Shown here: positions 38,911 to 51,709 of the stretch, piece after piece
Layout of the letters: each line of letters begins with the position of its first letter
Numbering within the stretch: position 1 is the stretch's first letter
Origin: Mobula hypostoma
Taxonomy: Eukaryota
Direction: 5' to 3'
Assembly (NCBI RefSeq): GCF_963921235.1
Contig: NC_086097.1
Location: 151,220,001 to 151,284,000, forward strand
DNA: 64,000 nt
Position numbers and translations under genes: made by a program
The notes under the pieces: generated by a model
The model's input: only the letters and a program-made list of their open reading frames with translations
Databases searched by the model: none
Told to the model about the DNA's origin: nothing

Positions 38911-41828
38911 TCTGATGCTCTGGGAGGGGCGTGGTCGACAGCCTGCCTCTGCATTTCTAATGACCATCACTATTTATTGTTCTTGTGTTAAAAGGCTTCT
39001 GTGGGATTATGGTGGCAAGTTCCAGTCCATTTATTGTTACAGTTTAGCTTGGGTTGTACAGTTATTTGCTTGTGTATTTGTGGGTCACCCTAACTGTAAC
39101 CGGGGAGTGTGATGGTCACCTCACCAGCCTGTATGAGACGGGTTGGGTTCACTTTCCAGGTCATGGCGCCTGGTCTGTTTTGTGTTTATCACAATAAAAC
39201 TGTTGTTGAGTTATTGAGCTTCCTCGCCTGTCATTATGGACCAAATGCTCACCACATTGGTGTCAGAAGTGGGATGCAAAATTGACGAGGAGATTGAAGA
39301 ACTATGATGTTGGATAGAGTGCCTTAAGACCCCGGGAATAAGTAGAGGGACTGAGCAGTATACCTCCCCTGCACCCACAGGCAGAGCCCATGAAGACGAG
39401 ACCCAGAGGAGGACCTGGGAACCGAGCATTGTGCCTTCCCAGGGAGCCCCGATGGAGCGAGTGTACTCAGGCTCCCCAACCCAGGAGACACAGTGGAGCG
39501 CATCACGCCTCCATCGCAACCCGCACCAGGGAACCCAAGACACCGTAACCATGGGAGGATGGGCACCATGGCAGACGCCATCAGAACAACAGGAAGACCA
39601 AAGGGCCTCGATGACTTGCGCCTCAAGGCCCACCCTGAAGCTCCCCAGATACAACGGTACCTGCCTCCTTGAACCTTACCTGGCCCAAGTCTACTTGCCT
39701 CATGACACAACGGGTGGGGCCCCACCGAGACGGCAGTGCACTTTGCCCTGGCACTGGAGGGAGATGCCCGGCGGGCCCTCCTCGACCTAACACCGGCAGA
39801 GCAGCATGACTACAGGGCCCTCATAGCGGCGTTTCAAGCAGAGGCCGTTGGTGGAAGCAATGAGGGAAGACTGTGCAGCAGATGGCGCCATATGAGAGAA
39901 AGCTTGGGGGCATTAACAGCTGATCTCCACCACTGTACTTGGCATGGCTACTCCCAGTTCCCTCCCACAGCCCAGGAAGAGCTTTAGCAGCATGTTCGCC
40001 TGACGTCGCCGTCATCATTGGACGAGGCGGCGGAGAGGGCAGAAGCAATTTTAGCCCCAAGTTGTACCAGCGTCACCCCGCACACCGGGAGCCCGGGCTC
40101 GTGTCAATGAGGGTGAGATGAAGCTGACGAGGAGGAGCTCGTGAGACAGGTCCAACCAGCACCGCGATGACCCTGCCACGGGCCACGGAACGATCTTTGC
40201 TACCGGTGTGGTGAGGCAGGTCATTTGGTCCAGAACTGCCCCGCAGTGGCACCTCGCCACAGCTCAGAGCAGCCATCGGGAAATGCCAATTGGGCAGCGC
40301 CGCCCGAATCCTCTAGCAGAACCCCTCCATTGTCGCCCCTCCGGGTGGGCCATTTGGGTGAAGAGCAAGGCTTGTACGTGGACTGTGTGGTGGAGGGCAT
40401 CAGGTGCCTTGCGTTGGTGGACACGGAGTCAACCATTGCTATCATCCGTCCCAGTGTTCTCCCCCACATGGAGCAGCTGTCCCCGCCTGGGTGGACAACG
40501 ACGGTGGTCCAGCTGGCTACGGTCACCAACGACTGTGCAATAACGTGAGGGAAGAGGAAGCTGCGCATCGCAGTGGGGGAAACACAGCAGAGCACGAGGT
40601 GTGGCTCGCCAACATCCGAGAGTCCTGCGTCATTGGCCTGGACCTGCTGTCCCGCTGGGCAGCCCGTCTGGATGTGTCGGGTGCAACGTTCCTCCTGGGT
40701 GCTGAGGCCGTGGCTCTCCGGCAGGGCAGCTCCAGGAAGTGGTCCCAGCAGGAGCAGCAACCACCGCCGATTTCACAGTGGCCCGCAGCAGTGCAGCATA
40801 CCTGGCAGTGGCCCAACGTAACACAGCTGATCTAGGAGCAAGCGACGGTGACAGCCAGCGACCAGCTCCCTACCATGGACCAGCAGCTGCACAGCGAACA
40901 GGTGAGCGATTCTGTGCTGGCCCTGGTAAGGGGATAGCTGAGTGTGGGACGACGGCTGTAGTGGGCAGAGGTCTCCGCCCTGGACCCAGAAACCAAAGCC
41001 CTATACCCTCAGTAGGGAACGCTGGAGGAGCATGGTGGGTTGGTGTTCTGGCGGTGGTAGTTGTCCGACGGTGACAGACATTTCTTGCAGCTGATGGTCT
41101 CCCAGGGGCTCTGCGCCATGGTTCATGGGCTGGTGGGGCCTGGCCATTTCGAGGGTCAGAAAGACTTCAGGCAGGCTGTGTGAACGCTTCTACTGGCCTG
41201 GGTAAAGGCAGGACATGGAGCTGTTCGCGCACTACTGCGATGCTTGCAAGTCTGAGAAGAGGCCAAGCCACCAGTCTAGGGTGCCAATGCAGCAGTACAT
41301 GGTGGGGACCCCAGTATGGGTCTACTGCCCCTCCTGGAAGAAGGGACTATCCTTCAGGCTGGGAAGCCACTGGAAGGGGCCAGGAGAGGTGCTCGACTGC
41401 ATCTCCAATGTGGTAGATCAGGTGCAGTTGCCTGAGTGATGGATGGCAGTGGTGCTGCACCGTGACCAGCTGGCATCTTGTCAGCCCTTGGGCACTACCA
41501 ACCTAGTGAGGCTGAAGGAAGGAAGTGACACTCTGGGTGCCCTGCCTCTCGCTCACGCCTCATACAAACAGGGCCTCCCCTGGAGGGGGCTTTAGCAACC
41601 CCCGGCGCCCCAGGCACCCACTGGGGGGACTTTTGAAATTTGTTATGGACTCTACGGCTGCCAGGGACGGCGGACCCCTTGGGTGGGGACAGTGTGACAC
41701 TCTGGGGAGGGGGGGCATGATTGACAGCCCACCCCTGCATTTCTAATGACCATCACTGTTTATTGTTCTTGTGTTAAAATGCTTTTGTGGGATTATGCTG
41801 ACAAGTTCCAGTTCATTTATTGTTACAT
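38911..41828 (+). mobile_element. Gypsy LTR retrotransposon lacking RT/RNase H; 5' LTR 38911-39256, truncated 3' LTR from 41693
   Basis: LTR repeat GCATTTCTAATGACCATCAC. PBS at 39258-39275. Gag knuckle CYRCGEAGHLVQNC (40198-40239). Protease ALVDTES and IGLDLL. Integrase HHCC and GPY/F remnants (HYCDAC, HWKGPGEV). PPT GGGTGGGGACAG at 41681-41692. Confidence 0.9.
39258..39275 (+). promoter_or_regulatory. Primer-binding site complementary to the tRNA-Leu(CAA) 3' end
   Basis: TGGTGTCAGAAGTGGGAT lies one base after the LTR-terminal CA. It is the reverse complement of ATCCCACTTCTGACACCA. Confidence 0.85.
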
Positions 41829-42591
41829 TTTGGAAGTCCAAAAAATATTTTGGTTCTTGGTATGCTATTTTGATGAATGCCTAAGCCCTTACATGGGGTA
41901 ATTGACTTTCAGATCCTGTGTGACTATTGATTTCAATAAAGATTCCAGAGCTGTAAAGCACTGGGGGCAATCCAAAGGAGCTTCAACAGGCTAATTTCTA
42001 AGTTATCCTTTCAAGAGAGGCTAGAGTGTTTTGGGTCTGTAGTCCCTGGAGTTTAGAAGATTGACACCACAACAACTACAAATCAAAAAATATTCTGTTG
42101 ATTTAAAGCATTTTGAGGTATCCTACAAGAGCTATTTAAATGAAAATATTTCTCCCTAGCTAGTGCTTTACTTTTCCTATTGCTTGATTATGTTTTAATA
42201 ATCAGTAAATATAAATAGGCAGAAACATCATCATCTCAGCACTTGGAAGTTCTGAGCAGATTCTCCCCATCATCTTTAGTATTTTTATTTGTTGACGTAC
42301 TGCGTGAAACAAGCCTGCTGGCTCCTCAGGCCACACGACCCAGCAATCTCCCAGTTTATTTCTGGTCCTATCATGGGTTAATTTACAATGATCTAGTTAC
42401 CCGTCTTTGGAATGTGGGAGGAAACCGGAGCACCCGGGACAACGTACAAACCCCTTACAGGCAGTGGCAGGAACCTTGACAGACGCTTGTTACAGTTCGT
42501 GATTTGTAAAAAAGATGGGCAAAATCATCAACTTACATCTTTTTCTAGAACTTCCACAAATAATCTGCTAAAATTATCACAGTCATTTAAA

Positions 42592-42749
42592 AGCAACACA
42601 CACAAAATGCTGGAGGAACTCAGCAGGCCAGGCAGCATCTGTGGTAAAGAGTACAGTCGACGTTTCGGGTCGAGACCCTTCAGCAGAACAGTCCAGCATT
42701 TTGTGTGTTGCTTGGATTTTCAGCATCTGCAGATTTTCTCTTGTTTGTG
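42592..42749. mobile_element. Miniature inverted PLE insertion (158 bp)
   Basis: Reverse PLE end through the hammerhead region, then the forward PLE end with its tail. 11-bp TSD AGTCATTTAAA at 42581-42591 and 42750-42760. Confidence 0.88.
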
Positions 42750-43489
42750 AGTCATTTAAATGAACAGCCATGAATTAATTATCCATTTACAGGAAGAATA
42801 CAATGCCCTTCTGACCTCCTCCCGACAATAAGCCATTGTCCAAATATCTAGGTAAACTTGGAGACCTAGGGACTGAAGAGTACCCCTTCTTTAGACTTTA
42901 ATTCACATGCTGGAACACGATCAACTTAACATCAGGCAAGGAATAAAGCAATAAAACTGAAAAATCATTTAATATTAACTAGCTAAATGAATACTTCTCA
43001 TTATGAACAGAATATTCATTTAAATTTCAGATACTACTATTTGTGAAATGAAAAAACGACAAAGAACTTTCTTCCATGCTACTTTTCAAGATGAAACTGA
43101 CTGAAGTACCCCATGGAGATACATCAAGGCTACAATGTGTACTAGTCTATAACTGACAAGTGACTTGAGAGCATGAAACAGAAGATAAAGCTACAGGGAA
43201 AAAAAAGGAAGGAATCGTATGTGTATTACTTACCAGATCTCCAGACATTTCAACTTACTTCCCAACTGAAGAACTGCCACTATTGTAATGCAGGTGAAAG
43301 TAGCAGACCGGTACTTTAATTCAAGAAAGACAGAGGTGTAATTTTAACATCATTGGGAAGGAATGTATAAGAGAAGAATAATACGACCCAAGGGAGAATT
43401 GAGGAACAGGTGTACAAAGTGCTGGAAGGTAGCCATAGGGAACAAATCTTCTTCTATCTAGTTGATTCATCTGAACTGCCACTGGAGCT

Positions 43490-46400
43490 TGGTACACCTT
43501 GGTGTACAAATACAAAGATCCTTGAAGGTGGCAGCACAGCTAAATAAGATGGTGGAAAAGGCATCTACAATTTTTGCCTTTATTGGAAAGAGGAAGTATA
43601 AAAGAACAAAGTGTTTATGGCACAACTATATAAAACATCAATAATAAAATAATTTGAGTACTGAATGCGATCCGAGTTGCCACATATTAAGAAGGACACA
43701 ATTACACTCGAGAGGGTTCAGAGGAGATTCACTAGGAATGGATCATAGAATTGTGAGGAGAAATCGGTTAGGCTGTGACTGTTTTCTTTGGAGTGGAAAA
43801 GGATGAGGAGAGGCCCAAATTTTCACCGAGGAAATGATGTCTCATACGCCAGTATGTTGTTCATCGACTTCATCTTCACATTTAACACTATCATCCCTCA
43901 GAGGTTGGTGGGTAAACTGTCGTCGCTGGGACTCAACACCCCTCTTCGGAACTGGATCTTGAACTTCTTGACAGAAGGATCCGAGTCAGTCTGAGTTGGC
44001 AGCAATATCTCGAGCTCCATCATGCCGAGCACTGGTACCCCTGGGCTGTGCACTCAGTTTGTTGCTGACTCACGCCTGCTCAGCCAGATTGAGCTCAAAC
44101 CGTATCATCAAGTCTGCTGCTGATACAACAGTGCCTTAACGACAACAATGTGTTAGTGACATGAACACGGACTCTGCTGTGGGGACTGAGCGCCCCCGCA
44201 GACGGGCTGCGCAACAAATACCGCAACAGCGTTCATGAGCATGCGCGTTCCAGCTAATTACCATTTAATTATGGCAATGTGTAACTTCTTTTTGTTATTG
44301 TCTTGAACTGCCACTGGTGCTTGGTCTCCCTTGGTTATCCTTACATAACCCTTGGATTGATTGGTCCTTAAAGGTACTCCGAGAGCGGGGACCAGCGTGC
44401 CTGTCCACCTGTCTGAATCCGGTCTACGAATCCCCTCCTATGTTCAGTACTGATGTGGACCTCGCTGGCATTGCAGCTGAATATCCTGATCATCTTGAGG
44501 TCTTCAGTAAAAAGAAGGGCACCCCTGTGCCTCCACACAGGCTATTTGACTGCACCATTGACCTCTCACCCAGTACTAGTCGTTCCCGACGCTGGCTCTT
44601 CTCTCTCTCTCATCCAGAAATGATGGCCAATGGAAGAGCATGTCAAGGAGGCATTGGACATTGGTTTTTATCCATCCGTCAATTTTGCCAGCAGGAGTGG
44701 GATTCATTTTTGTGAGCAAGAAAGATGGCAAGCTTCACCCCTGCATTGATTATCGGCCCCTAAACAATATCACCATGAAGAACCATTACGCTCTTCCCCT
44801 GTGTGCCTCTGCATTCGAACATTTCCAAGTGGAATCCATATTTTCCAAGATCGACCTGCACAATGCTTACAACCTGGTTTATACCTGAGAAAGGGATGAG
44901 TTGAAGACAGCATTCAATACCTCCACTGTCCACTATAGTACCTTGTGATGCCCTTTGGACCTGACCCTGGCCCCAATGTTTTTCAGACCCTTGTCATCAA
45001 TGTGCTTAGGGACATGTTGAATCAGTTTGTTTTTATGTATTGGACAATGTTCTGATCTGTTCCCGCTTCATCACTGGGCCGCCCCGGTCTAATGGAAACA
45101 CTAGCATTCTGGTGGTTGTGGATTGATTCTCCAAGGCTGCTCACTTTATTGATCTCCATAATTCCTGTCTGCTTGTGAGACTGCCAGCCTCATAATTCAG
45201 CATGTGTTCAGGCTGCATGGCTTCCCTCAGGATATAGTATCTGATCGTGGACCACAGTTCACATTCCATTTTGGAAAGGCTTTTGTGGGAGCCATAGTCA
45301 GGCTCGCATCTGGTTTCCATCCCCAATCCAATGGCCAGACTGAGAGAGTTGGAGACAATGCTGTACTGCCTTGCCTCCTCAAACCCCCTGTCCTGGAGCT
45401 CCCAACTGGTTTGGCTAGAGATTGTCCACAATACCATTCAGTCATTCTCCACTGGCATGTTCCCCTTTGACTGCCAGAAGGAATTCCAGCCACCGATCTT
45501 ACCTGACCAGGAGACTGATGTGGCAGTTCCTGCTGAACAGCTGATCCAGAGCTACAAGTGCACCTGGAGTCAAGGCAAGGCTTCACTTATGCACTTAACA
45601 ACAACATTCTCAGCAGCTGATCAGTTCCACTGACAGGTGAGGCCTCTCAAGCCAGGAGAGAAGGTCTGGCTGGCATTAAGGGATCTTACCCTGAAAGTCG
45701 AGAACCCCAAATTTGTCCCTCGCTAAATGGGACCATTTGTAGTGGAAAAGGCTGTCAACAAGGTCTCATATAGATTGCACCTACCATTATCAATGAAGAA
45801 CCACCTAGTGTTCCATGTTTCCCAACTCAAGCTGGTTACTACCTCCTCCCGGCTCCAATCACCTCACCTCCCCCTCCTCCCTGCTTGTAGGATGGTTCAG
45901 CAATTGCGCTCAGGGGTATGCACGTTCCAGCTAATTAGTGCTTCATTATGGTGGTATTTCACTCCCTTCTTTTCGTTGCAGTCTTGTTGAAACTTGACCA
46001 AAAGCACAACAACATTTACACTCTCTACTTACTGTCGTCCTTGTCAGGGAAAGAGAACTGACGCTTCAATTGACACTGGAAAGGAGTGGTATTCATTTAG
46101 TATTTAGGCATTGCTTTCAGCTACACTGTTGGCATTAAGCCTTCATTTTCGCAGTTTTAGCTAATGACTCTGTTGACCTGGCGTTATTGTTTTCCTTTTC
46201 CTTTAAATTTTGCAACACTTCTCATTAAAGTCAGTGAACTGTTGACCGTCTTCAATGTCTCTCTCTCTCTCTCCGCACTTGGGCCATATCTGAGCATTCT
46301 GACAGTTGGCATACAGAGAGGAGGTAAAAGGTCTTGTAAAATGGTGTGAGCACAAGACAAAAGAGATGATTGTGGGCTTCAGGAAGGCACAGGTCGACCA

Positions 46401-47455
46401 GTCTCCATTGCACACCAATGGCTCTGCTGTAGAGTGAAGAGCACCAAGTTCCTTGGTATGTACATAATGGACGATCTAAATGGACCCACAACACCTCCTC
46501 ACTAGTCACGAAGGCACAGCAGCATCTACACTTCCTGAGTAGGTTGAGGCTTGCAAGGTTCCCCACCCCATTCTAACAACTTTCTACAGGAGCACCACTG
46601 ACAGTTTCCTGTCTAGCTACATCATTGTGTGGTACGGAAGCTGCAAAGCATCAGATTGCAAGACCCTACAGAAAACAGTGAAAACTGGAGGATCATCAGG
46701 GTCACCCTCCACCCTATTTGTGACATTCACTGGGAGTGTTGCAGACAAAGAGCACAAAGCATTGTTAAGGGTTCCTGCCACCCATCCCGCAACCTCTTTG
46801 ACCTACTAGGGTCAGGAAGAAGGCACAGAGGCATCAGGACTAGCACTGCCAGACTAGGTTACAGCTTCTTCACTCAGGCTGTGAGCCTAATGAATACCCT
46901 GCCACCACCAAGGTCTCATCACTAGGACAGTGAGCTGTTTACTGTTCATCTGTGTTGTGCTTTACCACATGCATTTTGAATTATATTTAATTAACATTAT
47001 TAACTGATTTGTAGTATAAGTTTTTTTTGCTGTGTACGATATACATTGTATGGGTGCACCATAGTCTGGAAGAACATTGTTTTATTTGGTTGCATATACA
47101 CCCCTGCACATACAGTCAGATGACAATAAATTGGAATGTGAACAAATGAGGTGCAAACTTTATGAAGGCACAGTGGGAAACTTTTACTAATAGGTCACGT
47201 GCCTAAAACTAGAAGTCATAGGGATGAAAGGCTTAGAGGGCTCTGGAGAAAGACATTTTTATTTAAAGAATGGCTGGAGTTTGCCTAAGGGAGTGGTGGG
47301 GGTAAACACTGTCACAACTTTTAAGTATCTAGACAAATGGTTGCATTACCAAACAGGCACTGGAGCAAGTGCTGATTCATGAGGTTGATATTTCATGCTC
47401 GGAGCGGACGTGATGGTCTGCAGGGTCTGATTTCTATGCTCTGTGACTCTGTGGC
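43490..47455 (+). mobile_element. Nested stack: CR1 (43490-43815, 47145-47455) > Rex1/Babar LINE (43820-44156, 46305-47140) > Gypsy (44157-46304)
   Basis: Rex [30 protein letters not shown] breaks after the DDTT region and resumes at GCATACAGAGAGGAGGTA. CR1 breaks after TTGGAGTGGAAAAGGATGAGG and resumes at ~47145. Confidence 0.8.
44157..46304 (+). mobile_element. Decayed Gypsy LTR retrotransposon
   Basis: TG...CTGACA ends with near-TSD GTTAG/GTTGG. Protease [44 protein letters not shown]; integrase [50 protein letters not shown]. Confidence 0.9.
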
Positions 47456-48044
47456 TCTCATGAGATAAGTGATCAGAGTTACTTGTTTTACAGGGCTGTT
47501 TAAAATATATATGATGGCCAAGACAATATTTTCCTTTCTCAAACAAGAGCAAGAGAGCAGACCTCATCACAGCTGCCAAGCTTAGTCTAAAAGCTCATCT
47601 TCAAAACCTATAACCTTTAAAAATTCAGAATTCTTAATTCAACTGTTATCTTAAACTGGTGTTTTAATCTGGAGCTGCAATTGACTATCTTTATCTACTT
47701 ATAATGATAAAGAAGGAGGCAATTTGGCCCATTGGGTTATAATGGCACAATAAACCCATTCTCTCCCTCTTTGGTGTAACCCTACAATTTATTCTCCCTC
47801 ATGTGCTCACCAACATCCTTTTTAATATTATTGCAACATGTCTATCACAGGCATAACTTAATGTGGCAAATTGAACCACCAATATGTTTTTGCGAGAAAA
47901 CCGGAGCACCCAGGGAAAACTGAAGTAAACTCCAGAGGTGCCAGAGGTCAGGATTAAACATGTATCCTTGGAGCTGTGAATCAGCCATGCTAATATTTGA
48001 TCTTGTCATGCTATGATCTTAATATAGAACATATTCTATGTCAT

Positions 48045-48862
48045 ACATAGAATAGTACAGCACAGTACAGGCCCTTTGGCCCACAATGTTGTGCTGATCC
48101 TTAAACCCTGCCTCCCATATACCCCCCCCACCTTAAATTCCTCCATATACCTGTCTACTGATCTCTTAAATTTCACTAGTGTATCTGCCTCCACCACTGA
48201 CTCAGGCAGTGCATTCCACGCACCAACCACTCTCTGAGTGAAAAACCTTCCTCTAATATCCCCCTTGAGCTTCCCACCCTCTTACCTTAAAGCCATGTCC
48301 TCTTGTATTGAGCAGTGGTGCCCTGGGGAAGAAGCACTGGCTGTCCACTCTTTCTATTCCTCTTAATATCTTGTGTACCTCTATCATGTCTCCTCTCATC
48401 CTCCTTCTCTCCAAAGAGTAAAGCCCTAGCTCCCTTAATCTCTGATCATAGTGCATACTCTCTAAACCAGGCAGCATCCTGGTAAATCTCCTCTGTACCC
48501 TTTCCAATGCTTCCACATCCTTCCTATACTGAGGTGACCAGAACTGGACACAGTACTCCAAGTGTGGCCTAACCAGAGTTTTATAGAGCTGCATCATTAC
48601 CTCGCGACTCTTAAACTCTATCCCTCGACTTATGAAAGCTAACACCCCATAAGCCTCCTTAACTACCCTATAACCTGTGAGGTAACTTTCAGGGATCTGT
48701 GGACATGTACCCCCAGATCCCTCTGCTCTTCCACACTTCCAAGTACTGTATCCTGCCATTTACTTTGTACTCTGCCTGGAGTTTGTCCTTCCAAAGTGTA
48801 CCACCTCACACTTCTCCGGGTTGAACTCCATCTGCCACTTCTCAGCCCACTTCTGCATCCTC
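48045..48862 (-). mobile_element. Relatively young CR1 3' fragment
   Basis: AYGVLAFISRGIEFKSREVMMQLYKTLVRPHLEYCVQFWSP..LERVQRRFTRM..LERRRMRGD; 3' UTR ending in GTACTATTCTATGT. Confidence 0.92.
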
Positions 48863-49680
48863 CTTTGAGATTGTTACTATTGTTACTATTGAGCCAAGGT
48901 TCACATTCCCTTCTTTATGCCAAGAGATTTACAAGTAGTCATTGTCCCATCTTGGTTCATAACCTTAATCTATCACCTCCTTGCACATAAGTTTGTAAAT
49001 CAAAGCCACAATACAGAAAATAATAAACTAAACTGAATTAGATATAACTGAATGGGGAAGTTCAATAGATGCTTTAAATGAAGAGCTCAAGAAGTCCCCT
49101 TTAAAGGATCAGACTATATAATGAAGACGAAGGATATTTTTGTACTGCACACAATCTCCAGGTTGCATTGAATCATAAACATTAAATCAGGTCATTGTGT
49201 ATATTTCCTTCCACTTTACAGAACTAGCAAGAACTACATGACTGTTATAAGCATCAATAAATATTTCAATAAATAATCCAAAGTAAACAATAGAACCCTA
49301 CTTTAGTACAACCAGCAGAATGATAATATCATTTTATTGAATGTGCAATCATATTCCAATTGATGCATCCTTGGCAATGTGGTACTCCTTCAGTTCTCAG
49401 TGACAGTACCTTTGTGGATTTCATGTTGACGTGAGAATTGAATCCACAATCTTTTCATTCAAAGGGAAAAGCTGTAATTGATGCCTTTACATGCTTTGGA
49501 TGCAGAAGAAGTTAAAATACAGAGAACCAAAAGGAGGAATCTCCAGAAAATGGGGTCTACCCAGAAGGCATGGGTCTGGTGAAGGAAGAAAGGAAGGATA
49601 AATATGAAACCCAAGTGAGACATATAATTCATTATATTAAAACTGGACAAGTGAATGAGAAAACCTGAGATAGTACTTGA

Positions 49681-51440
49681 GCAACACACATCAAAGTTGC
49701 TGGTGAACGCAGCAGGTCAGGCAGCATCTCTAGAAAGAGGTGCAGTCGATGTTTCAGGCCGAGACCCTTCGTCAGGACTAACTGAAGGAAGAGTGAGTAA
49801 GGGATTTGAAAGTTGGAGGGGGAGGGGGAGATCCAAAATGATAGGAGAAGACAGGAGGGGGAGGGATGGAGCCAAGAGCAGGACAGGTGATAGGCAAAAG
49901 GGATACGAGAGGATCATGGAACAGGAGGTCCGGGAAGAAGGACGGGGTGGGGGGGGGAACCCAGAGGATGGGCAAGGGGTATATTCAGAGGGACAAAGGG
50001 AGAAAAAGGAGAGTGAGAGAAAGAATGTGTGTATAAAAATAGATAACAGATGGGATACGAGGGGGAGGTGGGGCATTAGCAGAAGTTAGAGAAGTCAATG
50101 TTCATGCCATCAGGTTGGAGGCTACCCAGACTGAATATAAGGTGTTGTTCCTCCAACCTGAGTGTGGCTTCATCTTTACAGTAGAGGAGGCTGTGGATAG
50201 ACATGTCAGAATGGGAATGGGATGTGGAATTAAAATGTGTGGCCACTGGGAGATCCTGCTTTCTCTGGCGGATAGAGCATAGGTGTTCAGCAAAGCGGTC
50301 TCCCAGTCTGCGTCGGGTCTCACTAATATATAAAAGGCCACATCGGGAGCACCGGACACAGTATTTCAACCCAGCCGACTCACAGGTGAAGTGTCGCCTC
50401 ACTTGGAAGGACTGTTTGGGGCCCTGAATGGTGGTAAGGGAGGAAGTGTAAGGGCATGTGTAGCACTTGTTCTGCTTACAAGGATAAGTGCCAGGAGGGA
50501 GATCAGTGGGGAGGGATGGGGGGGACGAATGGACAAGGGAGTCGCGTAGGGAGCGATCCCTGCGGAAAGCGGGGGGGGGGAGGAAAAGATGTGCTTAGTG
50601 GTGGGATCCCGTTGGAGGTGGCGGAAGTTACGGAGAATAATATGTTGGACCCGGGGGCTGGTGGGGTGGTAGGTGAGGACCAGGGGAACCCTATTCCTAG
50701 TGGGGTGGTGGGAGGATGGAGTGAGAGCAGATGTGCGTAAAATGGGGGAGATGCATTTGAGAGCAGAGTTGATAGTGGAGGAAGGCCGCTTTGCTGAAAA
50801 TCTACGCTCTGTCCGCCAGGGAAAGCAGGATCTCCCAGCGGCCACACCTTTTAATTCCACATCTCATTCCCATTCTGACATGTCTATCCACGGCCTCCTC
50901 TACTGTAAAGATGAAGCCACACTCAGGTTGGAGGAACAACACCTTATATCCAGTCTGGGTAGCCTCCAACCTGATGGCATGAACATCGACTTCTCTAACT
51001 TCTGCTAATGCCCCACCTCCCCCTCGTACCCCATCTGTTATTTATTTTTATACACACATTTTTTCTCTCACTCTCCTTTTTCTCCCTCTGTCCCTCTGAA
51101 TATACCCCTTGCCCATCCTCTGGGTTCCCCCCGACCCTTGTCTTTCTTCCCAGACCTCCTGTCCCATGATCCTCTCGTATCCCTTTTGCCAATCACCTGT
51201 CCAGCTCTTGGCTCCATCCCTCCCCCTCCTGTCTTCTCCTATCATTTTGGATCTCCCCCTCCCCCTCCAACTTTCAAATCTCTTACTCACTCTTCCTTCA
51301 GTTAGTCCTGACGAAGGGTCTCGGCCTGAAACGTCGACCGTACCTCTTCCTAGAGATGCTGTCTGGTCTGCTGCGTTCACCAGCAACTTTGATGTGTGTT
51401 GCTTGAATTTCAAGCATCTGCAGAATTCCTGTTGTTTGCG
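49681..51440. mobile_element. Inverted PLE insertion: minus arm 49681-50785, plus arm 50786-51440
   Basis: Both arms carry the GIY-YIG C-terminal region, UTR and hammerhead (49744-49779 minus, 51304-51339 plus). TSD ATAGTACTTGA at 49670-49680 and 51441-51451. Confidence 0.93.
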
Positions 51441-51709
51441 ATAGTACTTGAGGTAGGGTCATTTAATATGGACACCAGGAACTTACCTTTATATGTAAGA
51501 GTTTTTATACTTGGCCAGGCCTTAATGATTTTAATGGCAAGTATTGTCTTATTCCATAGATTGCTGGAACATCTGACGGAGGAACATAAAAAACTGAATT
51601 AGAGAAATCTAAAATGAAACAGGATATTGAAAGGTAAACAACTTCCAAGTAAATACAGAATCTGGGAAAGGGGAAAAGTTTTTGAATGAAATGCTACAAG
51701 AGGGGTGAT

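Noticed and set aside
39211..41074. Dense overlapping ORFs on both strands
   Set aside because: A by-product of the GC-rich Gypsy interior. Only the plus-strand gag, protease and integrase fragments carry motifs.
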